From Candidatus Omnitrophota bacterium (lineage in GTDB: Bacteria > Omnitrophota > Gorgyraeia > Zapsychrales > Fredricksoniimonadaceae): a stretch of DNA of 64,000 nucleotides. Within the stretch, counting starts at the first letter, position 1; each line of letters begins with the position of its first letter. The DNA is taken from positions 175,805 through 239,804 of the forward strand of contig CAIOPG010000009.1 of the NCBI GenBank assembly GCA_903860135.1. Reading direction: 5' to 3'. The translations under genes and the position numbers were made by a program. Positions 31,731 to 40,498 of the stretch are shown here, piece after piece. A model generated the notes under the pieces. The model ran no database searches. It had not been told where the DNA came from and worked only from the letters and a program-made list of their open reading frames with translations.

Positions 31731-31787
31731 ACATTTCCTTTTTTAGTGTTTTATTAATATCTTCCTGAATTAAAAATATTTTTAAAA

Positions 31788-32222
31788 TTAATTCTTCAAA
31801 GTTGAGAAAATACCCCCCTTTGTTTTTGTAATCGAACCAGCTGAAATATCCAGCTTAAGAGTGATAACATCCGCAGCGTTCGCATTGGTTCCACTGAATG
31901 AAGCTTGACCTACACAATTATTAGCATCTGGACACAGAGAAGAATTAAAATTATATGTAAAATTAGGAGTTACTGGAAATGTATAACCTGATAGAGCTGT
32001 CACCTCGTTGCATCCCGCCATGATGTCACCATTTTGAATATAACATTCCTGGACTTTGCGCATCAGAACACCCAGTTGCCTATAGGCCTCAACGGCTTTT
32101 GTAGTATTAACCTGATTCGTAACACGAGGCATAGCTATCGCTGCTAAGACTCCAATAATTATAACAACAATTATTACTTCAATCAATGTAAACCCATTTT
32201 TATACACGTATATCCTACCCAC
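31788..32222 (-). CDS. Major-pilin-like type IV pilin, diverged copy 4
   Basis: MGRIYVYKNG|FTLIEVIIVVIIIGVLAAIAMPRV..; shares AYxQLGVLMRKVQECYIQN and the C-terminal ITKTKGGIFSTLKN with copies 1-3 but has a diverged central region. Confidence 0.7.
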   Translation of the reverse strand: MGRIYVYKNGFTLIEVIIVVIIIGVLAAIAMPRVTNQVNTTKAVEAYRQLGVLMRKVQECYIQNGDIMAGCNEVTALSGYTFPVTPNFTYNFNSSLCPDANNCVGQASFSGTNANAADVITLKLDISAGSITKTKGGIFSTLKN

Positions 32223-32281
32223 ATGTTATCTGTATACAAATATGACATATTTAAATAAATAAAGCGAATATAAATAATTAA

Positions 32282-33508
32282 TTATCCTCCGGTAGATAAA
32301 GAAAGTATAGGTAGAAACATCGCGATAACAATTAGACCTATTACACCACCCATGATAACAAGCATAACGGGTTCAATAAGAATGCTGAATCGCTTCAAAA
32401 ATTCTTCAACATTAGCTTTATAATATATGGCGACATTATTCAACATCTTGCCAAGCTCACCGGTTTCCTCGCCAACACGGATCATCTGCACCGTCATCGA
32501 AGGGAAAAATCCACTTCTTTCCATTGGATCTGCCAAAAGCTGCCCCTCACGTACGGCTTCACGCACATTTCTTATAACTTCCGCACAAACCACATTATCC
32601 ACCAGTCTCTCCGATATCTCCAAAGAATAAAGAATGGGGACACCGCTTTCCATAAGGGTGGACATTTGAGATGTAAACTTCTCAATTACAATTAATTTTA
32701 TCATACCACCGAAAATAGGAACTTTAAAAAGAAAAGTCTCAAATTGCTTTCTTCCAAGAGGTGTTTTAATGTAATTCATGAAAAGAAAAATGCTTCCGGC
32801 CCCTCCAGCAATAAGTATAAAAAATCTCTCTTTCAATAATTTGAAAATTGACATCATTATGACCGTGATAGTCGGGAGCTTGATATCCATATCAGAAAAA
32901 ATACGTTCAAATGTAGGCCCGACAAAAAGAGCGAAAAACAAAACAGCTCCGATACAAATAAAACAAAGAACCATCGGATAAACAAGGGCTCCTATAATAG
33001 TAGACTTGAACTTGGCTGTATCCTCCATATATTGTGTCAACTTGTTGAGAACTTTCGGTAATGTACCAGATGCTTCACCAACCTCAATAAGACTGACCCA
33101 AAAAGCAGTAAACACCTTGGGATATTTTGAAATAGCGCTACTGAAAGTACGACCCTGTTCAACATCTGTGACTACCGCCTCAATGATGACGGTTAACCCA
33201 CGACTTTCCAGCTGAGAGCTGATGATCTTGAGCGATCGCATTAACAAAACACCTGCTCCCATCATCGCAGAAAGTTGACGCGCAAAAGAAACAACATCAT
33301 TTAATGAAATATTATTGTGCGAAAACACCCGCTTCTTTGCAACTGACGTCACAGGCTGTTGATTCTCAACAAACTGTTTTACAGCGGTTACAAAAAGCCC
33401 TTTTTGCTGTGCAAACTTAACAGCCTGCTGATCATTAATGGACTCTACAACCTCATTAAATACATGCCCTGAATTATCTTTAGCAGTAACAAGAAATTTG
33501 GCCATCAA
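32282..33508 (-). CDS. pilC: Type IV pilus / T2SS platform protein (GspF/PilC family)
   Basis: 408 aa; two T2SSF repeats, three TM helices, typical PilC N-terminus. Confidence 0.9.
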   Translation of the reverse strand: MMAKFLVTAKDNSGHVFNEVVESINDQQAVKFAQQKGLFVTAVKQFVENQQPVTSVAKKRVFSHNNISLNDVVSFARQLSAMMGAGVLLMRSLKIISSQLESRGLTVIIEAVVTDVEQGRTFSSAISKYPKVFTAFWVSLIEVGEASGTLPKVLNKLTQYMEDTAKFKSTIIGALVYPMVLCFICIGAVLFFALFVGPTFERIFSDMDIKLPTITVIMMSIFKLLKERFFILIAGGAGSIFLFMNYIKTPLGRKQFETFLFKVPIFGGMIKLIVIEKFTSQMSTLMESGVPILYSLEISERLVDNVVCAEVIRNVREAVREGQLLADPMERSGFFPSMTVQMIRVGEETGELGKMLNNVAIYYKANVEEFLKRFSILIEPVMLVIMGGVIGLIVIAMFLPILSLSTGG

Positions 33509-33523
33509 TTTCCCCAGATCAAT

Positions 33524-35233
33524 TTATATAACAATAGATAAAATTTCCTCAAGGCTCGTGACACCTTCTTCAACCTTCTTCATCCCAACTTCAAAAAGTG
33601 TCGCCATTCCAGCTTTAGATGCTGCGTCCTTCAATTCGTCATAGGAAACATTGTTACCGATCATACGCCGTATAACATCATTAATGGCAAGAACCTCTGA
33701 TACGACCATGCGTCCCCTGTATCCGGTGTGCCCGCATTTATCGCACCCTTTAGCGCGATAAATCAAATCGGTAGACAACTTGATAGACCCCAGATCTTCC
33801 GGCCTCGGTTCATAGGGCTCTTTGCAATCGGCGCATAACTTACGCGCTAAGCGCTGGCTCACAATCATCGTTAATGACGGTGTTAATAAATATGAGGGGA
33901 CACCTATATCCATCAAGCGGCTTATCGCTGACGGTGCGTCATTGGTATGCAGTGTTGAAAGGACAAAGTGACCTGTTAATGCCGCACGCACACATATCTC
34001 TGCTGTCTCAAGATCACGTATTTCACCAACCATAATGATATCCGGATCCTGTCGAAGAAACGATCGTAACGCCTGTGCAAATCCAAAGCCAATATCAGGA
34101 CGCACATGAACCTGGTTAATTCCATCAATGCGGAACTCAACAGGATCTTCTGCTGTCATAATATTCTTGGTGCGATCAAAAACTTCAGAAAGAGAAGAAT
34201 AAAGGGTCGTCGACTTACCACTACCCGTAGGTCCTGTTATAAGAAAAAGACCATACGGAACTTTAAGTGCTTTACGGATGAGTTCTAACTGGGACGCATT
34301 AAATCCAAGCGTAGCCAAATCAAGTTTTACTGCATTCTTATCCAGGATACGCATAACCACTTTCTCTCCCCAAACGGTAGGAACGGTGGACACACGCAGA
34401 TCAACAACACGGTTTTGATCAAACTTTACAGAAATACGCCCATCCTGCGGCAATCGCCTCTCGGCAATGTCAAGCCTAGAAATGATCTTAATGCGCGATA
34501 CGATCGAAGCATGAAGATGTTTTGCCGGCGGAGGGATTTGATAAAGATCACCGTCGATACGATAACGAAGTTCGATCTTGTCCTTAAAAGGTTCGATATG
34601 AATATCACTTGCCCGGTCATCAATAGCCTGCCTGATAATAAGATCCACAAGCTTGATGATCGGCGCTTCTTCGGCTGTTGCGATCAACCTGTCAAGACTT
34701 AACTCCGACTCAGATTTATCATCACCGGATGTTGAGAAATTACTCGAGTCATTCTGCGCTCTTTCAACCGCCTTTCCCCAAGCACCACCCTCATCGGCCA
34801 GATAAAACCGCTCCAATGATTTTAGAATATCGGTACGTGTCGCAATGACAAAGTTTATTTCACAACCAGTCATCTTTTTCAAATTATCGATCATAATAAG
34901 ATCAAATGGATTAAAGATCGCGCATGTCAGTGAATTACCATTCCGATTAAGTAACAATACAAGATTATCTACAGCATACTGATACGAAATAAGCTTTTCA
35001 AGGCCCTGCCCTTTTTGAGGATTCAATAGGCCTGAAGCTTCGGAGGCATATGGAATAAGAAGCTGTGTCCCAAGAGCCACAGCCAAGTCGCTTTCATTAA
35101 TAAATCCCATTTTGACCAAAATTTCTCCGACATGACTCTTGTCGGTCTTTTGGGCATCTATAGCAGACTGGAACTGGGCTTCGGTAATTAAGCCCTTTTT
35201 AATAAGTATTTCACCAAGCTTTAACCGTGCCAT
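33524..35233 (-). CDS. pilB: Type IV pilus assembly ATPase (GspE/PilB family) with two N-terminal MshEN/T2SSE_N-like repeats
   Basis: Walker A ITGPTGSGKSTTLYS; Asp box, Walker B and His box region; tetracysteine motif CADCKEP..CDKCGHTGYRGR. Confidence 0.9.
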   Translation of the reverse strand: MARLKLGEILIKKGLITEAQFQSAIDAQKTDKSHVGEILVKMGFINESDLAVALGTQLLIPYASEASGLLNPQKGQGLEKLISYQYAVDNLVLLLNRNGNSLTCAIFNPFDLIMIDNLKKMTGCEINFVIATRTDILKSLERFYLADEGGAWGKAVERAQNDSSNFSTSGDDKSESELSLDRLIATAEEAPIIKLVDLIIRQAIDDRASDIHIEPFKDKIELRYRIDGDLYQIPPPAKHLHASIVSRIKIISRLDIAERRLPQDGRISVKFDQNRVVDLRVSTVPTVWGEKVVMRILDKNAVKLDLATLGFNASQLELIRKALKVPYGLFLITGPTGSGKSTTLYSSLSEVFDRTKNIMTAEDPVEFRIDGINQVHVRPDIGFGFAQALRSFLRQDPDIIMVGEIRDLETAEICVRAALTGHFVLSTLHTNDAPSAISRLMDIGVPSYLLTPSLTMIVSQRLARKLCADCKEPYEPRPEDLGSIKLSTDLIYRAKGCDKCGHTGYRGRMVVSEVLAINDVIRRMIGNNVSYDELKDAASKAGMATLFEVGMKKVEEGVTSLEEILSIVI

Positions 35234-35242
35234 AATTTAATC

Positions 35243-36745
35243 CTATTTCTTTTGTACACTCATAGAGTCCATGGCAGAACGAATAATGCTCTGTCTTATC
35301 ACACCGCTACTTTCGCGAATTCCAAGATCAGCAGGAACAGTGTCAACAACGAAATCACTGCCAGGATCCATGACACGGGGGGTAATAAAAATAAGGAGCT
35401 CCCTGTCTTTGGTAGTCGTAGTATCGTGACGGAACACACGCCCGAGAAAAGGAATGTCTCCTAAGACCGGAAGTTTTGTCTGAACTTTTTGTTTCTCAGA
35501 ACGTAACAATCCTCCGAGAACAACAGTTTCACCCGAATGTATCCTCATTTTAACCTTAGCACTACGGATCTCTGTGTCCTTAAAAGTCACCCCGCTATAA
35601 GTTCCACCCAAACGCGCAACAACCACGCGTGGTGAAACAGCCAGTAAAATATCACCTGTCATCAAATTTAACTGAGGCGTGACCGTCAACGTAATCCCCG
35701 TCTCAACTCGTTCAGGTTCAACAGTGGATCCTTGCGTTATTGTCGCCGCTGCCGTCACTTTAACACCAATAGCTTCCGACGCAGTAATCTTAATCTGTGC
35801 CGTTTCATTATTCATGGTCCAAATTCTTGGGCGCGCTAAATTCCTAGCATCTGTTGACGTCTTTAAAAACTGTAACATAGCCGAAAAAGCATTTCCGCCC
35901 ATCGCGCCCTGTGAATACGTAACCTCTGTGCCCCCCTTACTAAGTGCATTCTTTTGGTCAAGAGGGAAATAAAAACTCCTCCCTCCCAGTCCTTTGAAAT
36001 CATATAAGGTGTTGCCAAACTTAACACCTATCTCATCAGCTACTTCCTTAGAAACATCTATCATCTGGACTTCAATCAATATCTGGGCAACCGGCACATC
36101 CAGTTTAGCCAATGTTCGTTCGATCAAAGGAAAATTTGTATCTTCATCAGAAATGATCAGGCTGTTGGTCCGTGAATCTTCAGCGATCTTGGCCGAAGCT
36201 GTTAATACTGTTTTCAAAATATCCACGAGAGCAACGCTCGTCGTTACTGTATTGCTCCCAGCACTCGACGATCCATTACCCCCCCCTTCTTCTGCGGTAA
36301 TTCCGAATGTTGATTGCAACTTTGAAGATGCAACAGTAGCATATTTTAAAGGATAAACACGCGTTATGATATTCTTTTCAGCCTTGATATTATCGATCAT
36401 CAAAATATTGTCATTATTATCATATGAATAAGAAAGTCCATTTGCCGTCAAAATTTTTTTCAAAGCATCCTCAACAGGAACAGCATCAAGAAAAAGTGTT
36501 ATAGGGTCGGTTTTAACAGCGTCTGAAACAATAAAATTGGCACCTATCTGACGAGAGAAGGCCTTCAAAACATCCCTGATATCTGCATTCTTGAAATCAA
36601 GGGAAACAAGTTGAGAATATTGTGGAAGTATAAAACTGTTCTGACTACCAGCTGAAGTAGTGGCAGAAAAAACTTGAGTAAATAAAGAAATTTGAATAAT
36701 ATTGGTAAGTAAAAATATAAATAAATATTTATTTTTTAAACCCAT
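35243..36745 (-). CDS. pilQ: Secretin (PilQ/GspD family), compact 500-aa form with signal peptide and N0-like domain; no AMIN domains
   Basis: N0 motif FKNADIRDVLKAFSRQIGANFIV; C-terminal secretin signature VVLGGLLRSEKQKVQTKLPVLGDIPFLGRVFRHD..ELLIFITPRV. Confidence 0.8.
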   Translation of the reverse strand: MGLKNKYLFIFLLTNIIQISLFTQVFSATTSAGSQNSFILPQYSQLVSLDFKNADIRDVLKAFSRQIGANFIVSDAVKTDPITLFLDAVPVEDALKKILTANGLSYSYDNNDNILMIDNIKAEKNIITRVYPLKYATVASSKLQSTFGITAEEGGGNGSSSAGSNTVTTSVALVDILKTVLTASAKIAEDSRTNSLIISDEDTNFPLIERTLAKLDVPVAQILIEVQMIDVSKEVADEIGVKFGNTLYDFKGLGGRSFYFPLDQKNALSKGGTEVTYSQGAMGGNAFSAMLQFLKTSTDARNLARPRIWTMNNETAQIKITASEAIGVKVTAAATITQGSTVEPERVETGITLTVTPQLNLMTGDILLAVSPRVVVARLGGTYSGVTFKDTEIRSAKVKMRIHSGETVVLGGLLRSEKQKVQTKLPVLGDIPFLGRVFRHDTTTTKDRELLIFITPRVMDPGSDFVVDTVPADLGIRESSGVIRQSIIRSAMDSMSVQKK

Positions 36746-36749
36746 ACTA

Positions 36750-37301
36750 TCAATCTTTCAATAATAACTTGTAAAGAAATTCGTTGTAATCTATTTCCAC
36801 ACGGCCTTTGCGGATAGCCAAAATCCTTACCCCCTCTGATCTATCCCCCAAACCCAATATATTTCCATTTAAAATAACCATTGGATTCCTTGTTTTATAA
36901 AATATTCCTGTCACTTTCAGCACAGGCAACGAGGCTATTGATAATTTCCTTACAGGTTGCGCTGAGGGTATCGCAACAAAGTGCTTTATTTCAGGAATAA
37001 CAGCAACTATCGGTCTATCTACTACTGGCTTAACTAAATTATCAGCTTCCTTGCGAAAATCTTTACTAACAAGATCTGGTCTGGCTTTAAACGGATGGAA
37101 AGGCTCCCCAAGAGACTCTATCATCATTTCAAACGGAAGCTTATTAGTCTCATTGGCGTAAGAAAGAGTTGAATTAAAATGAAATAATTGAAAACTATAG
37201 ATAAAAAGAATATTATACATTAAAAAAAGATGATGCCTACTTCTTTTTAAAATTTTTATGTTCATTATCTTCCACCAGTTGAAGCAACGAAATGGTAACA
37301 T
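36750..37301 (-). CDS. Putative PilP-like inner-membrane lipoprotein/anchor (weak)
   Basis: N-terminal hydrophobic anchor, then a C-terminal beta-rich segment (VTGIFYKTRNPMVILNGNILGLGDRSEGVRILAIRKGRVEIDY) resembling the PilP secretin-binding domain. Position between pilO and pilQ fits. The true start is uncertain; the ORF overlaps pilO-like by up to 65 nt. Confidence 0.4.
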   Translation of the reverse strand: MLPFRCFNWWKIMNIKILKRSRHHLFLMYNILFIYSFQLFHFNSTLSYANETNKLPFEMMIESLGEPFHPFKARPDLVSKDFRKEADNLVKPVVDRPIVAVIPEIKHFVAIPSAQPVRKLSIASLPVLKVTGIFYKTRNPMVILNGNILGLGDRSEGVRILAIRKGRVEIDYNEFLYKLLLKD

Positions 37302-37866
37302 CCAGCGTCATCGCATCCGTCTGGACTCCTGAATTAACCGGATTGTACTTAATCAACAGGCTATCCAATTTGATCATGTACCCGGAAGATTCCATATCAT
37401 GAACAAATAATAGCATATCCTTGACATTAAGGGAAGAAGCACTAAAACTCATACAAATAGAACGAAAAAAACCATCATTGCTAGTCTGCAATGGATTAAA
37501 AGCATCAATTGTAATTCGTCGCCGCGTGGCACGCCCTGTAACATAAGATATAAAATCAGCCTTGACCAATCCCAAAGGCATCTTGCACATATAATCAGTC
37601 AGATATTTGTTGCTTTGCTCAAGATCCTGGATAGGCTGTCTTTTTGATTGCAAAATCTTTTTTCTCGACGCAAGAGACTGATATTGATTAAAATTTTTAG
37701 TTGTAAGAAAAACTATTACACAAAATCCCAATAAAACAATCAAAGAATTAGTCGCTAAAACTAAATTCTGATTTACATAATGGTTACAATCCTTAATAAA
37801 TTTTGAAGGATTATTTAGATATATTTCGAAATTCTTTAAATCATCAAGATTCATTTCGCCTCGCAC
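37237..37866 (-). CDS. Putative PilO-like protein (single TM, coiled coil, C-terminal ferredoxin-like region)
   Basis: 209 aa, bitopic topology and position right after the PilN-like module; no strong sequence motif. Confidence 0.45.
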   Translation of the reverse strand: MRGEMNLDDLKNFEIYLNNPSKFIKDCNHYVNQNLVLATNSLIVLLGFCVIVFLTTKNFNQYQSLASRKKILQSKRQPIQDLEQSNKYLTDYMCKMPLGLVKADFISYVTGRATRRRITIDAFNPLQTSNDGFFRSICMSFSASSLNVKDMLLFVHDMESSGYMIKLDSLLIKYNPVNSGVQTDAMTLDVTISLLQLVEDNEHKNFKKK

Positions 37867-39455
37867 GTAATCGAAAACGCTGTGACTTTTCTATTATCAT
37901 ATTCTCGAACCTGTAAAGAAACAATCTTAATTTGTGTGAAATTAGTGGCGAACAAATTATCGCTATTTAAAGCATTAAAGAAATGATTAACCCTTTCAAA
38001 TTCTATATTGTTGTCCTTCAAAGACACATACCCCGAAAAGGTCATTGCCGTCTTGGTCTGAAGTGAATAATAATCAACCTCTTTGTTCCCGGGCTCAGGG
38101 ACCTTGCGCGCCGAAACAGGCTCATCTTTAAAAGACAAACTAACAGACTCAAGCCAAAATCCGGATGGCAGTCGTTTGACCAGCCGCACCAACATCTTTG
38201 TCGCCCGTGCATCGAAAGGCAATGATTTCAATGAAAATAACTTCTTGACATTCTTCATTTTCTTCTGAACGGCGTCTGACTCATCTATATCAACGTATTC
38301 CCCGATCTCCTGCTCAAGATTAACAACTTCCTGTCTAAACTTAGACAGAAGCTGATCAGCAAAGAATGCAACAGAAAAGATCAGTGTAAAAACACCGGCC
38401 CCCACCGCCAAGGGCAAAACCAATGCTTGCCTCCTCTGGTCAATTTCAACTTGCTTGAGAGAAACCTGCTGTTTGGAACCTTCAAACAAATTAAAGTCAA
38501 TAACAGTAACCACTTTACTCATCATGGCCACGCCGTAGGCATACACAGCCGCCATTGTATTGCAATCATTGTGATCTACAAGTCTAAAAATATCAACAAT
38601 CTCAACATTGACCCCGAGTTCCTCTCCCATCTTGTCCCACAAAGCATTATTTCCGCCAATGGATATGGCCACCATTCTCTGGACTTCCTCCCCGCCATAC
38701 TGACGCAAGAAGAATTCGGAAGAAATACGGATCTCATTGAAAACTTTGGAACGTAGCTCATCATCGATCTGAAGAGTGCCAACACCCTGATGCACACCTC
38801 CCTGAAGATTAAACTCACGGATAAACTTGACATACCCTTTTTCACAAATAAGGAGTTCTCCGATATAACCATCGACATAAACAATCGCCGTTAATTCATC
38901 GGGATCAACGATCTTTCTAAAAACCAATGCACGGTAAAGACTAGCCGACGCCGGTTCACTGTAAACAACATTTATACCTGCTTGCATTAAAGCATCCGCA
39001 TGTTTTTCAAAAACATCTTTACGGATAGCAACAAATATAATGCCAATCTGCCGCGGATTACTTCCTAGAATATTCGAAGGAAAATATGTGTACGACAACT
39101 CATCAATTGGGAAAGGAATATACTTCTTGGCTTCGAAGATAACAACATCCTGTATCTCGCTTGACTTCATCCACGGAATACTGAACCAGCGAATAATAAT
39201 ATCTTTTGAAGGGATAGAAAGAAATGTTTCCTGCGTTGAAAAACCTTTATTTCGAACAGATTTTTGCAGTGCATCTAGAATCTGCATATCATGCGGTAAA
39301 GACTTCTTGTCAGCAGTGGAAGCCACGTCTTCCGGCGATACAAAAGGAACAAATGTCCCTATGGCGGGTGCGTTGCTCTCCAGTTGAACCAGCGTGAATC
39401 CGCTTGATCCCGAGTAAACCCCTAATCGCTTCTCACTGGCCATACCCAACCTCAT
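37851..39455 (-). CDS. pilMN: PilM-PilN fusion protein (actin-like ATPase-fold PilM followed by TM + PilN-like periplasmic domain)
   Basis: N-terminal GVYSGSSGFTLVQLE (PilM/FtsA-like phosphate-1 region); ~330 aa actin-like fold; then TM ALVLPLAVGAGVFTLIFSVAFF and a coiled-coil plus ~170-aa PilN-like tail. Alternative start ATG 39441-39443 has a GAGG SD. Confidence 0.7.
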   Translation of the reverse strand: MRLGMASEKRLGVYSGSSGFTLVQLESNAPAIGTFVPFVSPEDVASTADKKSLPHDMQILDALQKSVRNKGFSTQETFLSIPSKDIIIRWFSIPWMKSSEIQDVVIFEAKKYIPFPIDELSYTYFPSNILGSNPRQIGIIFVAIRKDVFEKHADALMQAGINVVYSEPASASLYRALVFRKIVDPDELTAIVYVDGYIGELLICEKGYVKFIREFNLQGGVHQGVGTLQIDDELRSKVFNEIRISSEFFLRQYGGEEVQRMVAISIGGNNALWDKMGEELGVNVEIVDIFRLVDHNDCNTMAAVYAYGVAMMSKVVTVIDFNLFEGSKQQVSLKQVEIDQRRQALVLPLAVGAGVFTLIFSVAFFADQLLSKFRQEVVNLEQEIGEYVDIDESDAVQKKMKNVKKLFSLKSLPFDARATKMLVRLVKRLPSGFWLESVSLSFKDEPVSARKVPEPGNKEVDYYSLQTKTAMTFSGYVSLKDNNIEFERVNHFFNALNSDNLFATNFTQIKIVSLQVREYDNRKVTAFSITCEAK

Positions 39456-39511
39456 TGCTTTTATAAAAATGAATACTTTTAGCTAATAATCAATCGCAAG
39501 AAACGTATGCA

Positions 39512-39841
39512 TCAGTAACTAACATCCATCGTGAATGCCCTTGTTGCCCCTGGTCCTCCGCCGGCTACTTGGGTATAATGAACCGAATATGTTGTTCCGT
39601 CAACATATTCAGAGAAATCCGTAAGTGTTGTCGAACCACCGGCGTAAATCTCGCGTGCCCACCATAAAGCTTTTTTGGCAATAAGTTCCGCCTGAAGATG
39701 CTTTCTTTCACGTTCGGAAATAAGTGCCTGTGAATAATTTCGCGATAACACACCTAAAACCAAGATTGACATAAGCATAACAGCCGCAATAACTGTCAGT
39801 AAAATTACCCCCCGCTCACTACCGTATTCTCTTCTAATCAT
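39512..39841 (-). CDS. PilX N-terminal-domain-like minor pilin (109 aa with the start chosen at ATG 39839-39841)
   Basis: MIRREYGSERGVILLTVIAAVMLMSILVLGVLSRNYSQ matches the PilX_N pattern (RG-x-x-L-hydrophobic helix-LRTS/SRN). 8-nt overlap with the upstream Zn-ribbon gene. The longer ORF-track version (39952) would overlap that gene by 119 nt. Confidence 0.45.
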   Translation of the reverse strand: MIRREYGSERGVILLTVIAAVMLMSILVLGVLSRNYSQALISERERKHLQAELIAKKALWWAREIYAGGSTTLTDFSEYVDGTTYSVHYTQVAGGGPGATRAFTMDVSY

Positions 39842-40073
39842 GAATTCCCTCCTCAAGATAACTCTGACAAAGTGGACAACGCACAACCTCAGTCTTTCCG
39901 TTACTGATAATGATATGGCTGCAATAGGGGCATTGCCTAACAATACCCGCACTTGATGCCTCCCTGTTTACGCCATCATCCACAACGGCATATTTAAACC
40001 ACATAAACCCAAAAAAAATAATCATGACAGAAAGACAAAGACTTACGCCCAAGGCAATATCTATCGTGATCAT
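39834..40073 (-). CDS. Small bitopic membrane protein with C-terminal CxxC-x17-CxxC zinc ribbon (79 aa), function unknown
   Basis: TM IALGVSLCLSVMIIFFGFMWF, then VRQCPYCSHIIISNGKTEVVRCPLCQSY. Linked by overlapping stop/start codons to both neighbours (ATGA upstream, 8-nt overlap downstream). Confidence 0.4.
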   Translation of the reverse strand: MITIDIALGVSLCLSVMIIFFGFMWFKYAVVDDGVNREASSAGIVRQCPYCSHIIISNGKTEVVRCPLCQSYLEEGIHD

Positions 40074-40498
40074 GGCAACCTCAAACGAAGATCTAATGGT
40101 GCTACAGGAACATCCTCAACAACTGCCACAGAAGGTTCATCGCGATCCTCAGGAACAACCCTTACACCGGAAAAATGAAATATATCCTTATCCTCCGGTG
40201 GCATACTTCTATAAAAAGATTCAGGTTTCTCTGCCTGCAAGGAGCGCAACCACCCTCCTGATAAGTATAATGGTACGGTACTATCATTAATCTTTTCTTC
40301 AACTTGCAGGACTGAAACTTCATGACGCGAAGGAATAACTTCCTGCGGGCTTAAAATATTGCCCAAGAAGACAACATCGAGTTTGTACGTGTTGTTAACA
40401 GCTCCTTTAAATGAAAAGATCACAAAAGTTAAAGCGATGGCGTGCATGATGCCCGCCGTTAATACCCCTATCATCGGAGAATGCCACTTCACTAGCAT
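40070..40498 (-). CDS. TonB/TolA-like N-terminal module (His-containing TM anchor plus Pro/Glu-rich extended segment); no recognisable TonB C-terminal domain
   Basis: 142 aa: IGVLTAGIMHAIALTFVIFSF (TM with conserved-position His as in TonB SxxxH), then P/E/V-rich low-complexity to the end (..PEDRDEPSVAVVEDVPVAPLDLRLRLP). Occupies the TonB/TolA position after exbB-exbD; TAATG overlap with exbD. Confidence 0.35.
   Translation of the reverse strand: MLVKWHSPMIGVLTAGIMHAIALTFVIFSFKGAVNNTYKLDVVFLGNILSPQEVIPSRHEVSVLQVEEKINDSTVPLYLSGGWLRSLQAEKPESFYRSMPPEDKDIFHFSGVRVVPEDRDEPSVAVVEDVPVAPLDLRLRLP

Larger units (their letters stand above)
30402..31787 (-). repeat. Tandem direct triplication of a pilin gene unit, including a duplicated 57-bp AT-rich spacer between copies 2/3 and 3/4
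   Basis: Three near-identical ~420-bp ORFs at 30402-30818, 30837-31256 and 31314-31730. Spacers 31257-31313 and 31731-31787 are themselves near-identical. Confidence 0.8.

Noticed and set aside
30402-31787. Could the regularly spaced repeats be a CRISPR array?
   Set aside because: Repeat units are ~435-477 bp protein-coding pilin genes with intact class III signal peptides, not 25-50-bp repeats with unique spacers. No cas genes are present.
39512-39952. Longer 146-aa version of the PilX-like ORF starting at 39952
   Set aside because: It would overlap the Zn-ribbon gene by 119 nt, and its first 37 residues have no pilin-like character. The internal ATG at 39839-39841 gives a canonical PilX_N start.
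40070-40498. Calling the 142-aa protein a bona fide TonB
   Set aside because: It has only an N-terminal His-containing TM anchor and a Pro/Glu-rich linker. There is no ~90-aa C-terminal TonB domain, and the next ORF does not supply one in another frame. It is kept as TonB/TolA-like at low confidence.
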